A stretch of DNA of 64,000 nt from Octopus bimaculoides (GCF_001194135.2 NC_068984.1:114309226-114373225), one strand, 5' to 3'. Counted from the stretch's first letter, positions 38,561-50,860 are shown. Notes: generated from the sequence alone by a model not told the origin. Numbers and translations: made by a program.

Positions 38561-39456
38561 CAAGGTGCATTCAAAAAGTATCTAAATCTTTTTTTCCTTC
38601 CAAAACCAATATTACGTGGGCAAAATCCTTTGGGTGGGAGGTGATGCTATTCTTCCTGTGCATGTGTTAACATTTTCACACCTGTAGGCCACATCAGTTC
38701 CAGGCTGTTACACCTACAGTACAGACATGTAGTGCGCATTAGTCAGATTTTCATTTTCATGTAAAATAACCAAATACATCAAGCAGAGATATTGCATCAA
38801 GTTTTGCCAAAAAGCTTAGTGACACTTAAGCTCAAACTATCCAGAAGATCCAGCAGGACTTTGGCAATGATACCATGGGCAAAGCTCAGATCAACAGATC
38901 AAGGAGGAGTACAACTGCTTCAAACATGGCTGCATTTCACAAGCCGAAATGAGGAACTGATTTGAGAAGGTTTGGTGAATAGTCATGGAAGACTGTCATA
39001 TAACAGTTGCTCATGAAGTGGGAATAAGCACAAGATCAGTACATTCCATTTTAAAAGAGGATATGTGCATGTAGAGAGAGTGTCAGCGAAATTTATCCCC
39101 CAAGGTGCTGGTGGAGCAGCAGAAGCAACTCTGCATGAAAACTGCTCAGGACATGTTGGACTGTGCAAACCACAACCTAGACTTCATAAAGACAATCATC
39201 ACTGGTGATGAGACATGGGTTTATGGTCTCTGCTCAATGTGTTCAGTCATCTTGCATGAAAACAATAATCCAACAAGTATGCACTACACATCTATACTCT
39301 AGGCATAACATCCAGGTACTGACGTGGCTTCCAGAGTGAAAATTCTCATACTTGCATGGGAAGATTGGTGTCATCTCCCACCCAAAGGATTTTGCCCATG
39401 TGACATTAATTTTGGTGGGTAAAAATAAAGTCGAATCCTTTTTTTAATGTACCACA
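38561..39456 (+). mobile_element. Mariner derivative with ~230-bp TIRs
   Basis: TA-flanked. The N-terminal transposase remnant (EQRYCIKFC...TIITGDETWVYG) is followed by an inverted copy of the 5' end. Confidence 0.8.
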
Positions 39457-41367
39457 TATACAGTACCTAATTTCATATATATACCGGCCCCACTCCCATA
39501 GACACATACACAGTGAACTGTCATCTGTGTGTGTGTGTGTGTCTGTATGTGGGCACCCAAAATGTTAATATGTGAGTGTATGTATATATGCTAGTAGCAT
39601 TTGCTTGAATCTCTCTCTCTCTAAGTGTGTGTGTGTGTGTGAAAGAGAGACCGTAATATATCAAATATACACTTGTTAACTCTCTCCCTCTCTGTCACAC
39701 TTTAACCATTCATCATCTGACACAAAATCACCTCCTCCAACGCCCCCTCCCCTCTCAAAGTTTCCTTGTCTTGCAAAGTTATTTGGTGACCCTGCAAGTG
39801 CTGATGCCACTTAAAAATCATCCAGTCCACACTGTAAAGCAGTTGGCATTCGGAAGGGCATCCAGCTGTAAAACCCATGCCAAAACTGACCTCGCCTATG
39901 CCTGTGCCACATAAAAAGCACTCAGCCCCCTCTGTGGGGTGGTTGGTGTCAAGAAGGGCATCCAGCTGTAAAACTGTGTCAAAACAGACACAGAAGTATG
40001 GTGCATGATTTTGCCTGGCCAGCTCCTGTTAAACCAGCCAACTCATGCCAACATGGAAGGAGGGCATTAAACAATGATGATGATGATGATGATGATGATG
40101 ATACAGAGAGAAGTGTGAATGCATATGTCAGTAGCATTTGTCTCAATCTCTTTCTCTATTGCACACACACTTTTGCCATATCCTTTCCACAGTGTGATAG
40201 ATTAGCATGACACTGACGTTACCATTTTAATATAATAGATAGTTTAAGGTGGTGAACTGGTGTGTGTGTTTGTGTGAGTGAGTTCCTATTTCCCTTGTGT
40301 TCATTCATTGGTTTGTAAACAATGATTTTCTGAAGGTGTCATTTGCATGTGGTCTAGGCTTCTGGACTTGTCTTGACATGTTGTATGATCTTTGTCAACA
40401 AAAGGCTTGCTCATATGGTGTCATTTCTTTCCAATTCTCTGCATAAAACATGTTTGGGATGTTTGCTAGACTAGGATCATTATTTGATAGACTAGATTAT
40501 TAGCTCTCTTGGAAAGAAGTGAGGGTTGGCAACAAGAAGGGCACCTGGCTACAGAAAAACTTACTCTCACCTGACCCATGTAAGCATGGAAAAGTAGCCA
40601 TTAAAACATTGACAATGAGTTTGGATTGCTCCATGGTCAATAAGAAATCTCACTGATCAAAGAAAATAAGAAATCTTTTGAAGTGGAAGAGAGAAGAGTT
40701 AGTTGTTAGCCCTGATCAAGCTGACCTATGCTCAAAGGAGTTATAACCAAGACCAGCCAATCTTTTTCTTGGGCGTAGTTTCACTCAGACAACAATATCC
40801 AAAGTGTTGTGGAATTTTTTATAGGGCGTGATATAAGTGGGATTTTTGCCATTTTTAGCAGGATGAGTGACCACTAGAAGCTTCAGAGATAAAAAGAGAA
40901 TTGGTTGAATGAGATTATGTATCAAGTGGAGGAATTGATCTGACAATAATGAAGAACTTTGGAATTTGATGCAAAATCCAAAGCACAAACCTAGAGGATT
41001 CAGTAAAGGCAAAAAATGGTCAAATACCTCGACCTTGTCTCAGTCTGCCCCTTTCAATGGCAACAACTTACAATCATACAGCAGAATGATGTGAATGATC
41101 ACATGCTAGATGCACATTTTTGTGACTACATTGATCCCCAACCTAGATCAAAGTTGGCTTGGAATGCACCACATGCACAATTAATGCATCTGTTATATCT
41201 TTGTTCAAAAGATACCATCCAAGCATGGTGTAAACAGTGAGATGTACAATCAGAAAAAACAGGTTCAATATAATCAAAATGGAACTTTACGATGAAAGTA
41301 AACAAACAAAGTTTGTTCTTTTTTAGAAGCGTTGAGATGTATTGTAAGAACAGAAATAAATTTATTT

Positions 41368-41771
41368 CTCAAACGCGTGATAATGCTATAAATAACATGA
41401 TCAGGATAAATTATCCATTTATTGCAGGAAAATATGCTACTGGCCAGCCATGAGACTTGAACTCACATCTCTGTGATTACACGTCAAGTGTTTTACCATT
41501 AAACTAAACTGCCCAGCAACGAATTCTTCTGCAATTTTAGAACTTATAAATTTAGTTGAATTTAACGTTAGCGTCTTATGAAGCTAAATTTATAAGTTCT
41601 AAAATTGCAGAAGAATTCGTTGCTGGGCAGTTTAGCTTAATGGTAAAACACTTGACGCGTAATCACAGAGATGTGAGTTCGAGTCTCATGGCTGGCCAGT
41701 AGCGTATTTTTCTGCAATAAATGGATAATTTATCCTGATTACACTATTTATAGCATTATCACGCGTTTGAG
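41368..41771. repeat. 404-bp palindrome of two divergent tRNA-Thr-like units
   Basis: 188-bp arms (41368-41555, 41584-41771), nine mismatches, 28-nt loop. Confidence 0.95.
41626..41697 (+). pseudogene. tRNA-Thr(CGT)-like unit (mirror copy with TGT at 41442-41513, minus)
   Basis: A box TAGCTTAATGG, B box GTTCGAGTC, T-arm GTGAG/CTCAT and a TTTTT at 41707-41711. The acceptor and anticodon stems are imperfect, so it is unlikely to be a functional tRNA. Confidence 0.65.
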
Positions 41772-42312
41772 CAAGAAATCAAAATGGAACTTGTATCAAT
41801 ATCTGGCCCTTGCAACATATACAACATCTACTGTTGGAATTGTGATTGGTTCATGATATTCATGTCAGACATCAATGATTGCTAAATGTGGTGTGCTTCT
41901 GTTTGCAAGGCTGTGGATTCATTAGTTAGAGCTAGCTCGACTCTTTCCAAGTGAACACCTATACCAGTACAAGTATGAACACATACGTTATAAATTTCAA
42001 ACTCTGACATATGCATTGCTTTACTCAAGTTCCTTTAGTCTTAGCCAAACAAAGAATAGACCTTTTGTCTTACATCCTGGGTGAAAAAAATGAGTAGTTT
42101 AGTCCAGCAGACCAATCAGCTGTGAAGCACTATTTATCATTTGTGCTTTTCTTTGCCTTATCAGACAGTATATACAACTCTTTGGCATTAGCAACTTTCA
42201 AGAGTTGTTATCTGTATTAATAAGTATTGTGTGTGTGTGAAAAGAAACTATTGATAACATAATGTCTTTTGTTATGGTTTCTTTCTTCTATGTTATTGAA
42301 GAGTATTATTTA

Positions 42313-42351
<39 letters not shown>

Positions 42352-42418
42352 ACCTAAAAGTACAATAGATGATGATCATTATATATACACACACACACAC
42401 ACACGCACATATATATAT

Positions 42419-42707
42419 GCCCCTGGACTGGCTCTTGTGCGGGTGGCACATAAAATGTACTATCCTGAGCGTGACCATTGCCAGTACCGCCTGACTGGCC
42501 TTGTAGGGTTTTCGAGCGAGATCGTTGCCAGTGCCCCTGGACTGGCTCTTGTGCGGGTGGCACATAAAAGACACCATTTCGAGCGTGGCCGTTTTTGTGC
42601 GGGTGACACGTAAAAGCACCCACTACACTCTCTGAGTGGTTGGCGTTAGGAAGGGCATCCAGCTGTAGAAACTCTGCCAAATTAGATTGGAGCCTGGTGT
42701 AGCCATC
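42419..42707 (+). mobile_element. RTE 3'UTR copy (runs into gap)
   Basis: Hairpin modules plus the terminal motif. Confidence 0.85.
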
Positions 42708-44778
42708 NNNNNNNNNNNNNNNNNNNNNNNNNNNNNNNNNNNNNNNNNNNNNNNNNNNNNNNNNNNNNNNNNNNNNNNNNNNNNNNNNNNNNNNNNNNNN
42801 NNNNNNNNNNNNNNNNNNNNNNNNNNNNNNNNNNNNNNNNNNNNNNNNNNNNNNNNNNNNNNNNNNNNNNNNNNNNNNNNNNNNNNNNNNNNNNNNNNNN
42901 NNNNNNNNNNNNNNNNNNNNNNNNNNNNNNNNAAAATAATAACGCCACACAGTGGACTTCTCAAAATAACCACATTTAGTACCTAATGCGAGGAAAAACA
43001 ACCAACAGAAGACGACCAACTTTCTTTTAAATAAACTTAACTGTGTATCGGCCGATTTCGCGATTACTAGAATGAATCTAGATTTCGTTCATCAGCACAG
43101 TATTGTCCCAAGAATATATATAAATAAACAGAATTCTCACCTCACCAAAAACGAACACACTACGTATCCGACAGAGTAAAGGGAATGAAGTTTATCTGTA
43201 TATATCTTCATCAAAGAAGCGGGAATACTTCCGGGTTGCTTCTGGGTACCCATATATCATATACATATATAACATATATAAATCCTTATCCTCTCCTCTT
43301 ATTCTCCCATCACACATTCCTTCTCTCTCTTTCTCTCATCCTCTCATGCAATTAATACCTTTGGTGTATGCATCCTAAGTACCAACGGTCTTCTAAGAGC
43401 CAATATTTAGTTGATATTAAGCAGATGAGAGACAAATATTTACTGGGACATGGTGCCAATCTATCTTGGATGATCTGGGACTTGTATCCAATACCATGTC
43501 CATTCAACCATGCCATTTCTTTTATTTCTGAAATATGAGACTTTTTCAGTTTTTCCATAGATCTAATAATAATAATTGATTTAGAGAAAAGTCTAAGGAC
43601 TACCAATAAACAGAATCTAAGCTGATAAGACACAAAATTTCAGGCAGTAGAAGCATGGTTAAGAAGCCCTTAACAATCACATCGCAATCACATGGTTTCA
43701 GATTTAAGCCCACTATACAGCACTTTCAACAAGTGTCTCTCATTATAGTTCTAGATTGACCAGTGTTGGGAGTGAAGTTCAGTTGAAGGAAACTGGATGA
43801 ATGTTTGTATGTGTGTGTATACGTGTGTATATACGAATGTCACTGTCTACAAGCAGTGTTCTTTGTTTCCAATCATGAAAACATGTCCAGTCTTGTTGTA
43901 ATATTAGATTACTTAGAAACAGATGAGGGTTGGCAAGAGAAAGGGCTTCTTGCCATATATAAAATCTCCCCAAACAAATTCCGTCTGATTCATGTGACAT
44001 TAAAATGATGATGATGATGATGATGATACATACATGAGCATGTGTGTGTGTGTATAGATGTATAGAAATGTTTGCACATACGTGGATATCATCATCATCA
44101 TTATTTAACATCTGTTTTTCATACTGGTATGCTGGTATAGCTGGATGATTCAACCAGAGCTGGTAAGGCCAGAGGCAGCACCAGTTTCCATTGTCTGTTC
44201 TGGCATGGTTTCTACGACTGGATGTCCTTCCTAATGCGAACCACTCCACAGAGTGTACTGGGTGCTTTTTATGTGGCACCAATACCAGTGCATCTTATGT
44301 GGTACCCACACTGGTATCAATTTTGTTGTGGTGGATGGGTTTGTGTGTGTGTGCATGTGTATGCGTGTGTCTGCATATACACACATCACACAAATATAAA
44401 ATAGAGAGTACAAGTACTAAATAACTGTACTCTTTAAGACTCTATAGTCTCAGAGGTTACAAAGCAACCTTACTAATGTTGGTGCCTTCATAAAATGTAC
44501 GCAATACATTTTGTAAAGTGGTTTGTGAACAAGCAGAGATTATGTAGGGACAAAAGATGACAACTATTCTAGTGGTGGTGCCATGATGAAATGCCCCAAG
44601 TATACTCCATAAGGTGGTTGGTGATAGCAAGGGTATCCAGCCTTAGAAAGCTATTCAAAAATGAGACATGAATGAGATGCAGTACTCTAACTTATCCAAG
44701 AATGCAGTAGCTTCAAATACAAACTGATGTAAACTGTGACAACCCATCCTAGCATGGAAAACCATGATAATGTTGACG

Positions 44779-44808
<30 letters not shown>

Positions 44809-44809
<1 letters not shown>

Positions 44810-45071
44810 CATCATCATCATCATCATCGTTTAACGTCCACTTTCCATGCTAGCATGGGTTGGACGATTTGACTGAGGACTGGTGAAACCGGATGGCAAC
44901 ACCAGGCTCCAGTCTGATTTGGCAGAGTTTCTACAGCTGGATGCCCTTCCTAACGCCAACCACTCAGAGAGTGTAGTAGGTGCTTTTACGTGTCACCCGC
45001 ACGAAAACGGCCATGCTCGAAATGGTGTCTTTTATGTGCCACCCGCACAAGCCAGTCCAGGGGCACTGGCA
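44809..45071 (-). mobile_element. RTE 3'UTR copy
   Basis: (CAT)n GTTTAACGTCC... near-identical to the other copies. Confidence 0.85.
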
Positions 45072-45565
45072 ATATAATTATATTTAAAAGAGAAAAATTT
45101 TTTTTTATTTTATCAATGTACAGACCGCACTTTGAAGTGCTCAAGATATTCTAACTTGATGTGTTAGATGAATATAGAAATGAGAATCAAGTTAGGAAAA
45201 TAAATCCACATATAATAACACATATATTCAACTAAAGTCCCAATATGCATAAATTTTAAAAAAATATATTTAATACATTGGAAAGTCAAACATAAAAGGT
45301 TTTAGTATTAATGCATGAAAGAGGAAATGTGAGGAAGAGAAGAGATGCAGTTTGGGACGGGAGAAGAGATGTAGCTTGGTCTGTTGGGGGTAGGGTGTGT
45401 GAAAAGCTTCATTGTTACATGTAGGTGGGTGGCATTTGGTTATGTTCCTTTGCCTCCTGAATTCAATTTCATCACAGGTTGACTTTGTTTTTCATGTTTC
45501 CTTTATTATCCAGATTGATAAAATAATGAAATAAGCATTGGGAACAATATAACTGTACTCTAGAC

Positions 45566-45859
45566 CAGGGGTTTTCACACTTTTTGACTTGTGGAACTTG
45601 TGGAACCATTTATATTTCAGGCTTTACCTTATAAACACTTATGAAATTTATACATAAATATTTGCATAAAATAACATATATTTTTACATTTATTTATTTA
45701 ACAGTATTTAACAAATAGGTTTATTGCCAATTAAAAGATTTCGATTAAAAAACATATATAAAATCAAATTGCCCATAAAAAGTATTTGCTGTCCACGGAC
45801 CCCCTGTCTTGTCCTTGCGGACCCCCTGTGGTCCGGGGACCACAGTTCGAAAACCCCTG
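45566..45859. mobile_element. 294-bp hAT (Charlie-like) MITE
   Basis: TIR CAGGGGTTTTC / GAAAACCCCTG and a perfect 8-bp TSD CTCTAGAC on both sides. Confidence 0.9.
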
Positions 45860-46313
45860 CTCTAGACAGTGGTACTCCGGCATGGCCACNNNNNNNNNNN
45901 NNNNNNNNNNNNNNNNNNNNNNNNNNNNNNNNNNNNNNNNNNNNNNNNNNNNNNNNNNNNNNNNNNNNNNNNNNNNNNNNNNNNNNNNNNNNNNNNNNNN
46001 NNNNNNNNNNNNNNNNNNNNNNNNNNNNNNNNNNNNNNNNNNNNNNNNNNNNNNNNNNNNNNNNNNNNNNNNNNNNNNNNNNNNNNNNNNNNNNNNNNNN
46101 NNNNNNNNNNNNNNNNNNNNNNNNNNNNNNNNNNNNNNNNNNNNNNNNNNNNNNNNNNNNNNNNNNNNNNNNNNNNNNNNNNNNNNNNNNNNNNNNNNNN
46201 NNNNNNNNNNNNNNNNNNNNNNNNNNNNNNNNNNNNNNNNNNNNNNNNNNNNNNNNNNNNNNNNNNNNNNNNNNNNNNNNNNNNNNNNNNNNNNNNNNNN
46301 NNNNNNNNNNNNN

Positions 46314-46621
46314 GACATTCGAGCGAGATCGCTGCCAGTGCCGCCGAACTGGCTCCTGTACGGGTGGCATGTAAAATACACCATTTTGAGCGTGGCCGTT
46401 GCCAGTACCGCCTAACTGGCCTTCATGCGGGTGGCACGTAAAAGCACCCACTACACTCTCGGAGTGGTTGGCGTTAGGAAGGGCATCCAGCTGTAGAAAC
46501 TCTGCCAAATCAGATTGGAGCCTGGTGTAGCCATCTGGTTTCACCAGTCCTCAGTCAAATCGTCCAACCCATGCTAGCATGGAAAGCGGACGTTAAACGA
46601 CGATGATGATGACGATGATGA
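46314..46621 (+). mobile_element. RTE 3'UTR copy
   Basis: Near-identical to the other copies; (GAT/GAC)n tail. Confidence 0.85.
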
Positions 46622-47019
46622 TAAACCAGTGAGTCTCAACCATTTTTTACCTATGGTCCCCTTCGATTACTATTTTCCTCTAGTGGACCCCCATAGCCTC
46701 TCAATATTTAAAAACTAGGTTCATAGATACTGTTTTCAAAAGTCCTGTTTTGTTCAATACACATTAATTTGTGTAGGTTGAACTTTATAAAACACTAACA
46801 ATGTACTCTGGCATTGCCAAGGTGTTATGACCTACAGTCACATTGTATTGTTTGTTCCTTTCTTGTGGGTAGAATTGGTAAACTGGATTATTGGTGTAAT
46901 AGAAGTTATTGTTTCTTTAAAAGTGAAAGAGGAAGAGTAAAATTTGCATGGGTTTGCACAAAAGTGCTTTCTGTTCTTAAGAAAGATCACAAACTATGTA
47001 TTGTTTCATTGTATGTGTG

Positions 47020-47345
47020 TTGACACTCCGTCGCTTACGACGTCAAGGGTTCCAGTTGATCCAATCAACGGAACAGCCTGCTCGTGAAATTAACGTGCAA
47101 GTGGCTGAGCACTCCATAGACACGTGTACCCTTAACGTAGTTCTTGGGGATATTCAGTGTGACAAGGCTGACCCTTTGAATTACAGGCAAAACAGAAACT
47201 GGAAGTAAGAGTGAAAGAAAGTTGTGGTGAAAGAGTACAGCAGGGTTCACCACCATCCCCTGCCAGAGCCTCGTGGAGCTTTAGGTGTTTGCGCTCAATA
47301 AACACTCACAATGCCCGCTCTGGGAATTGAAACCACGATCCTATG
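47020..47345 (-). mobile_element. SINE family with (ACA)n tail; copies at 19665-19980 (-) and 22655-22985 (+)
   Basis: Shared GGCCAGCCTTGTCACAC...GTTAAGGGTACACGTGTC...CAACTGGAACCCT segment. Confidence 0.75.
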
Positions 47346-48945
47346 NNNNNNNNNNNNNNNNNNNNNNNNNNNNNNNNNNNNNNNNNNNNNNNNNNNNNNN
47401 NNNNNNNNNNNNNNNNNNNNNNNNNNNNNNNNNNNNNNNNNNNNNNNNNNNNNNNNNNNNNNNNNNNNNNNNNNNNNNNNNNNNNNNNNNNNNNNNNNNN
47501 NNNNNNNNNNNNNNNNNNNNNNNNNNNNNNNNNNNNNNNNNNNNNNNNNNNNNNNNNNNNNNNNNNNNNNNNNNNNNNNNNNNNNNNNNNNNNNNNNNNN
47601 NNNNNNNNACCTAATGTTTCACTTTTGTCTGATGTTTCACGCATGTGTAGAATTGCATTGAAATAGCAGATGTAAAAAAGTATTAAAGCACGACCAGAAA
47701 ACCCAACATGCTAGAAACAACAGATAAATGACATTATTTCTGAAGTAACTTCCCTGCTTTCCAAAAAGCTAAAAGTGAAACATTGGGAGTTTATAGCTTT
47801 TTGAAAGTGGTGAGGTGATGGGTGGATGCTTGGGAAGGAGATTTTAGTGTTTCTTTAAGCAAAAAGAAAAAGAAAATACTTGACTATTCATACTATTTTT
47901 TTCTCTGTTAATTACGAAGAAAAAAATTCGAACAAAGTAAAAAATAAAGAAATTGGAATGGTGAGTAAGAAAATTAAAATATTGAGAATGTGTTTTTTGG
48001 GCAAAATCCTAATCTCATGTATTGAAAACATAGGAATCGGAAGAAATTTAGGAAAGTGAAAGAACAAAGTATTAAAATTCTGTCTCTCCCGCTCTGTCTC
48101 TGTTTGTCTCTCACATTCCCTGTGTGTCTATCTCTTCCTGTCTCCTCCCCTTCCCTGATATCAGTCACCCTCATTATGCCACTTTTCCCTGAACCTAACA
48201 CTTTTGCACCCCTCTCATTTTATCATGTAATATAGCCCAACCCCCCGTAGTCGGTCCATTATCGATTTTTATTGAAACCCAATTAGCTTATAATTAAACT
48301 GGATGTTAATTTAACATGTATAGAAAATTTGTTGAAGATTGGTTTGCTGGTTTGGGCAGCAAGATGGAGATGGACAGACAGACAGAAATTGCTATTTATA
48401 TATAAAGATTAGAGAAAGAAATCTTGCTGTTTCCTGCAAGAAATACATCTACAACAAAATTTTTTCATGGTCTCTTAATATACTGAGGAGGGGAAGGGGT
48501 GGCTTTATGCTAGGAGTTGAGGGTTAAAGTGTGAGAGAAGAGAACAAAAATGGTTTCTTGTATAGAAGAGATACATGACCACTCAAATTTTAGAAGAGAG
48601 GGTAGAAGGGATCAGATGGAGCTGGAAAGAGATAAAACAGTGGTGATGAGGTGTCAGGGTGGCCCCTCAAGGTATTATGTGAGAGAAGTGAGCAAGGACA
48701 GAGGATATAGGAGTGTGAGTAGGTGGGGGGTTTGCAAGCGTATATATGGGGGAGCAAGAGATGGGGGGGGTGAGTAAGAATTAGGCAACAACTTTAAATA
48801 TTGGGTAGGGTTGAAGGGTGGAGGTAATAAATGGTGGATAAAGGGTGGAGGATGACCAATGATACAAGCTGGGGGAGGTAGAAGGATGTAGAAGAAAGTA
48901 AGAGGAGAATGGCAGAATAGTAATGCTAATACAGTAGACATGAAG

Positions 48946-48985
<40 letters not shown>

Positions 48986-49188
48986 CTGACATGTGGGTGG
49001 GTAGGTTGCAAGAATAGGGGGGAAGAGAGAGGTGCAAAGCATGAGGAGAGATGTATGGTGGTGGGGAAGGAGAGATAATTTGGTGATTCAGTGGCAGGTG
49101 TGACCAATGTAAAATGTGGGTAGAGAGAACAGTATATATGGATGAAGAATCGCTAGTTCTGGGTAGCAAGAAAAATAAGTGGTATTAA

Positions 49189-49410
49189 CCCTTTCAATAC
49201 CAACCCGGCTGAAACCGCTTCTGGCTCTGTAGTACAAAAGTCTTGTTTTCATAAGTTTTGAATTAAAATCTTCCACCAAACCTTAGTCACAATTTATGTT
49301 CCTAACACTAGCTTAATGATAACCAAGTTATTTTACTAAATTCTTTGTTATATTTAAAATCAATTCAAAGAAACACAGAGTATCTCAGCAGAAATATGGT
49401 AACAAAAGGG
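49189..49410. mobile_element. 222-bp TTAA-target MITE (piggyBac-like)
   Basis: Same family and length as 21203-21424. Confidence 0.85.
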
Positions 49411-49535
49411 TTAAGGGAGAGTAGCAGTGAGAGAAATGGTGGGTGAATAGAGAAGGAAATTGAGCAAAGGGTCAATATATGCAACACACACGCATATATA
49501 TATAACAGTGTAGTAGAGTTTAACATGATACTTAC

Positions 49536-49592
49536 CAAAAGACCAAACAAAATAATAATGACCATATGCACTAACGATAATTCTGCAATCAT
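49536..49592 (-). CDS. C1orf43: C1orf43/NICE-3 homologue, first coding exon (MIAELSLVHMVIIILFGLL); full exon 49536-49703 includes 5'UTR
   Basis: Strong acceptor (ttttttctttcag, exon starts 49703), ATG at 49592, GTAAGT donor at 49535, phase 0. The hydrophobic peptide matches the NICE-3 N-terminus (human WLSGVNVVLVMAYGSL) as recalled. Confidence 0.75.
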
Positions 49593-50550
49593 TTTGAAGC
49601 CACGGATTGCCAACCTCAAATGAATATCAAATAAGGATCAAATTGACCAAACAACTTTGTAATCAGGAAAATGCAGTAATGATGTCATGCTGACTCTTGA
49701 TAACTGAAAGAAAAAATGAAAATGGAATCAGCATCATCATCCTAATTATTGTTTTAATGATTGATTTTCTTTGCTTTCGTTGATAAGCCTAAATTCAATG
49801 AGACAGATTTTCTATAGCTGAATAGTTTTCTTGCCACTAACTCTCACTTGTATCCAAGCAAGGTATATTTCCTCTCGTCCTTCAAACACAAACATAATTG
49901 ATGGACATGATTTCATGAAAGACTGCAAATGAACAACACTGCTTTTATGAAGATGAATGGTGACATTCCTTTAACATCCAGTGTGCACTCTTGAGACAAG
50001 GACATACAGGCACATATATATAAAATCCTTGGGAGTGAATTTGATAAACTAAAACTAAAACTAAAACTATATATATATATATATATATATATAGATAGAT
50101 AGATAGATATCACTGAATCAAGAATGACATCTTGAACATCAATTAAGTTTCAATGTAATTGAAAAGAAGCTTTCTCTCTTGTCTGTCTTCCTGTCTTTCT
50201 CCCTTTCTCCATAAAACAAAATTCACATCTTGAAAGGTCATTTAGCATCAACTAGGAGTTAGTCAAAGACCATCCCAAGATACATGATATCTTTTACTTT
50301 CTTGTCTCTGCCTTCCTCTTTTCTCTTTCTCCCCTTCTAAACAAAACAACATCCTCTTCGATTTATATAAGGCTGAAGAAATTTTCTGTGCACTGAGGAA
50401 TTCAACTGAATGGATGAAAGCGCTAATAAAGAATTATCCAAAATTCTGACTGCCTCCCTCTTCTTAATATACATTATCTGTACACCACTACATACATGCA
50501 TACATATAGGGATGACAAAGGATATAACAATTATTTTATGAACTCCAATT

Positions 50551-50624
50551 AGCTTACAGCTGTTTCGGCTATAAGGTGCAATACACTCATAGTTGTGTGC
50601 TTGAGTGGCACCCTGTAGCTTCAG
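50551..50624 (-). ncRNA. Degenerate hammerhead motif, same family as 13745
   Basis: GAAACAGCTGTAAGCTAAT and a long helix II are kept, but the core reads CTGAAG-C (A9 missing). Confidence 0.45.
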
Positions 50625-50860
50625 ATGTTATTAGTATCACAATGCCTAAGCGAAATATTAATATATATATATATATAAATACTTATAATTCATAAACTTT
50701 TGTATTATTTTGAATTCTCACAAGTGTTTGATGAATGGTTACATGAAACAATGGAGTAAGAGTTTAAGGTTTTCCAGCTTCACTAGAATTGTATTTTATC
50801 TCTGGTATTCAGGTACTCTTTTTTTCCACCTTGTTTTGCACCAATGCTCATATGTGTATA

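Noticed and set aside
41626-41697. Functional tRNA-Thr gene
   Set aside because: Mismatched acceptor stem and a disrupted anticodon stem; kept only as a tRNA-derived unit.
43040-43100. CTGATGA-AC-GAAA on the minus strand as a hammerhead
   Set aside because: No helix II, and no valid helix I or III pairing.
43352-43633. 93-aa minus ORF, or an alternative frame ending HTPK|GT, as the missing C1orf43 exon
   Set aside because: No KRQIMRF similarity, in-frame stops upstream of HTPK, and no phase-compatible acceptor.
10957-47666. Long ORFs in the track (150-340 aa) full of X
   Set aside because: They span N-gaps and (TA)n/(CA)n microsatellites and are artefacts.
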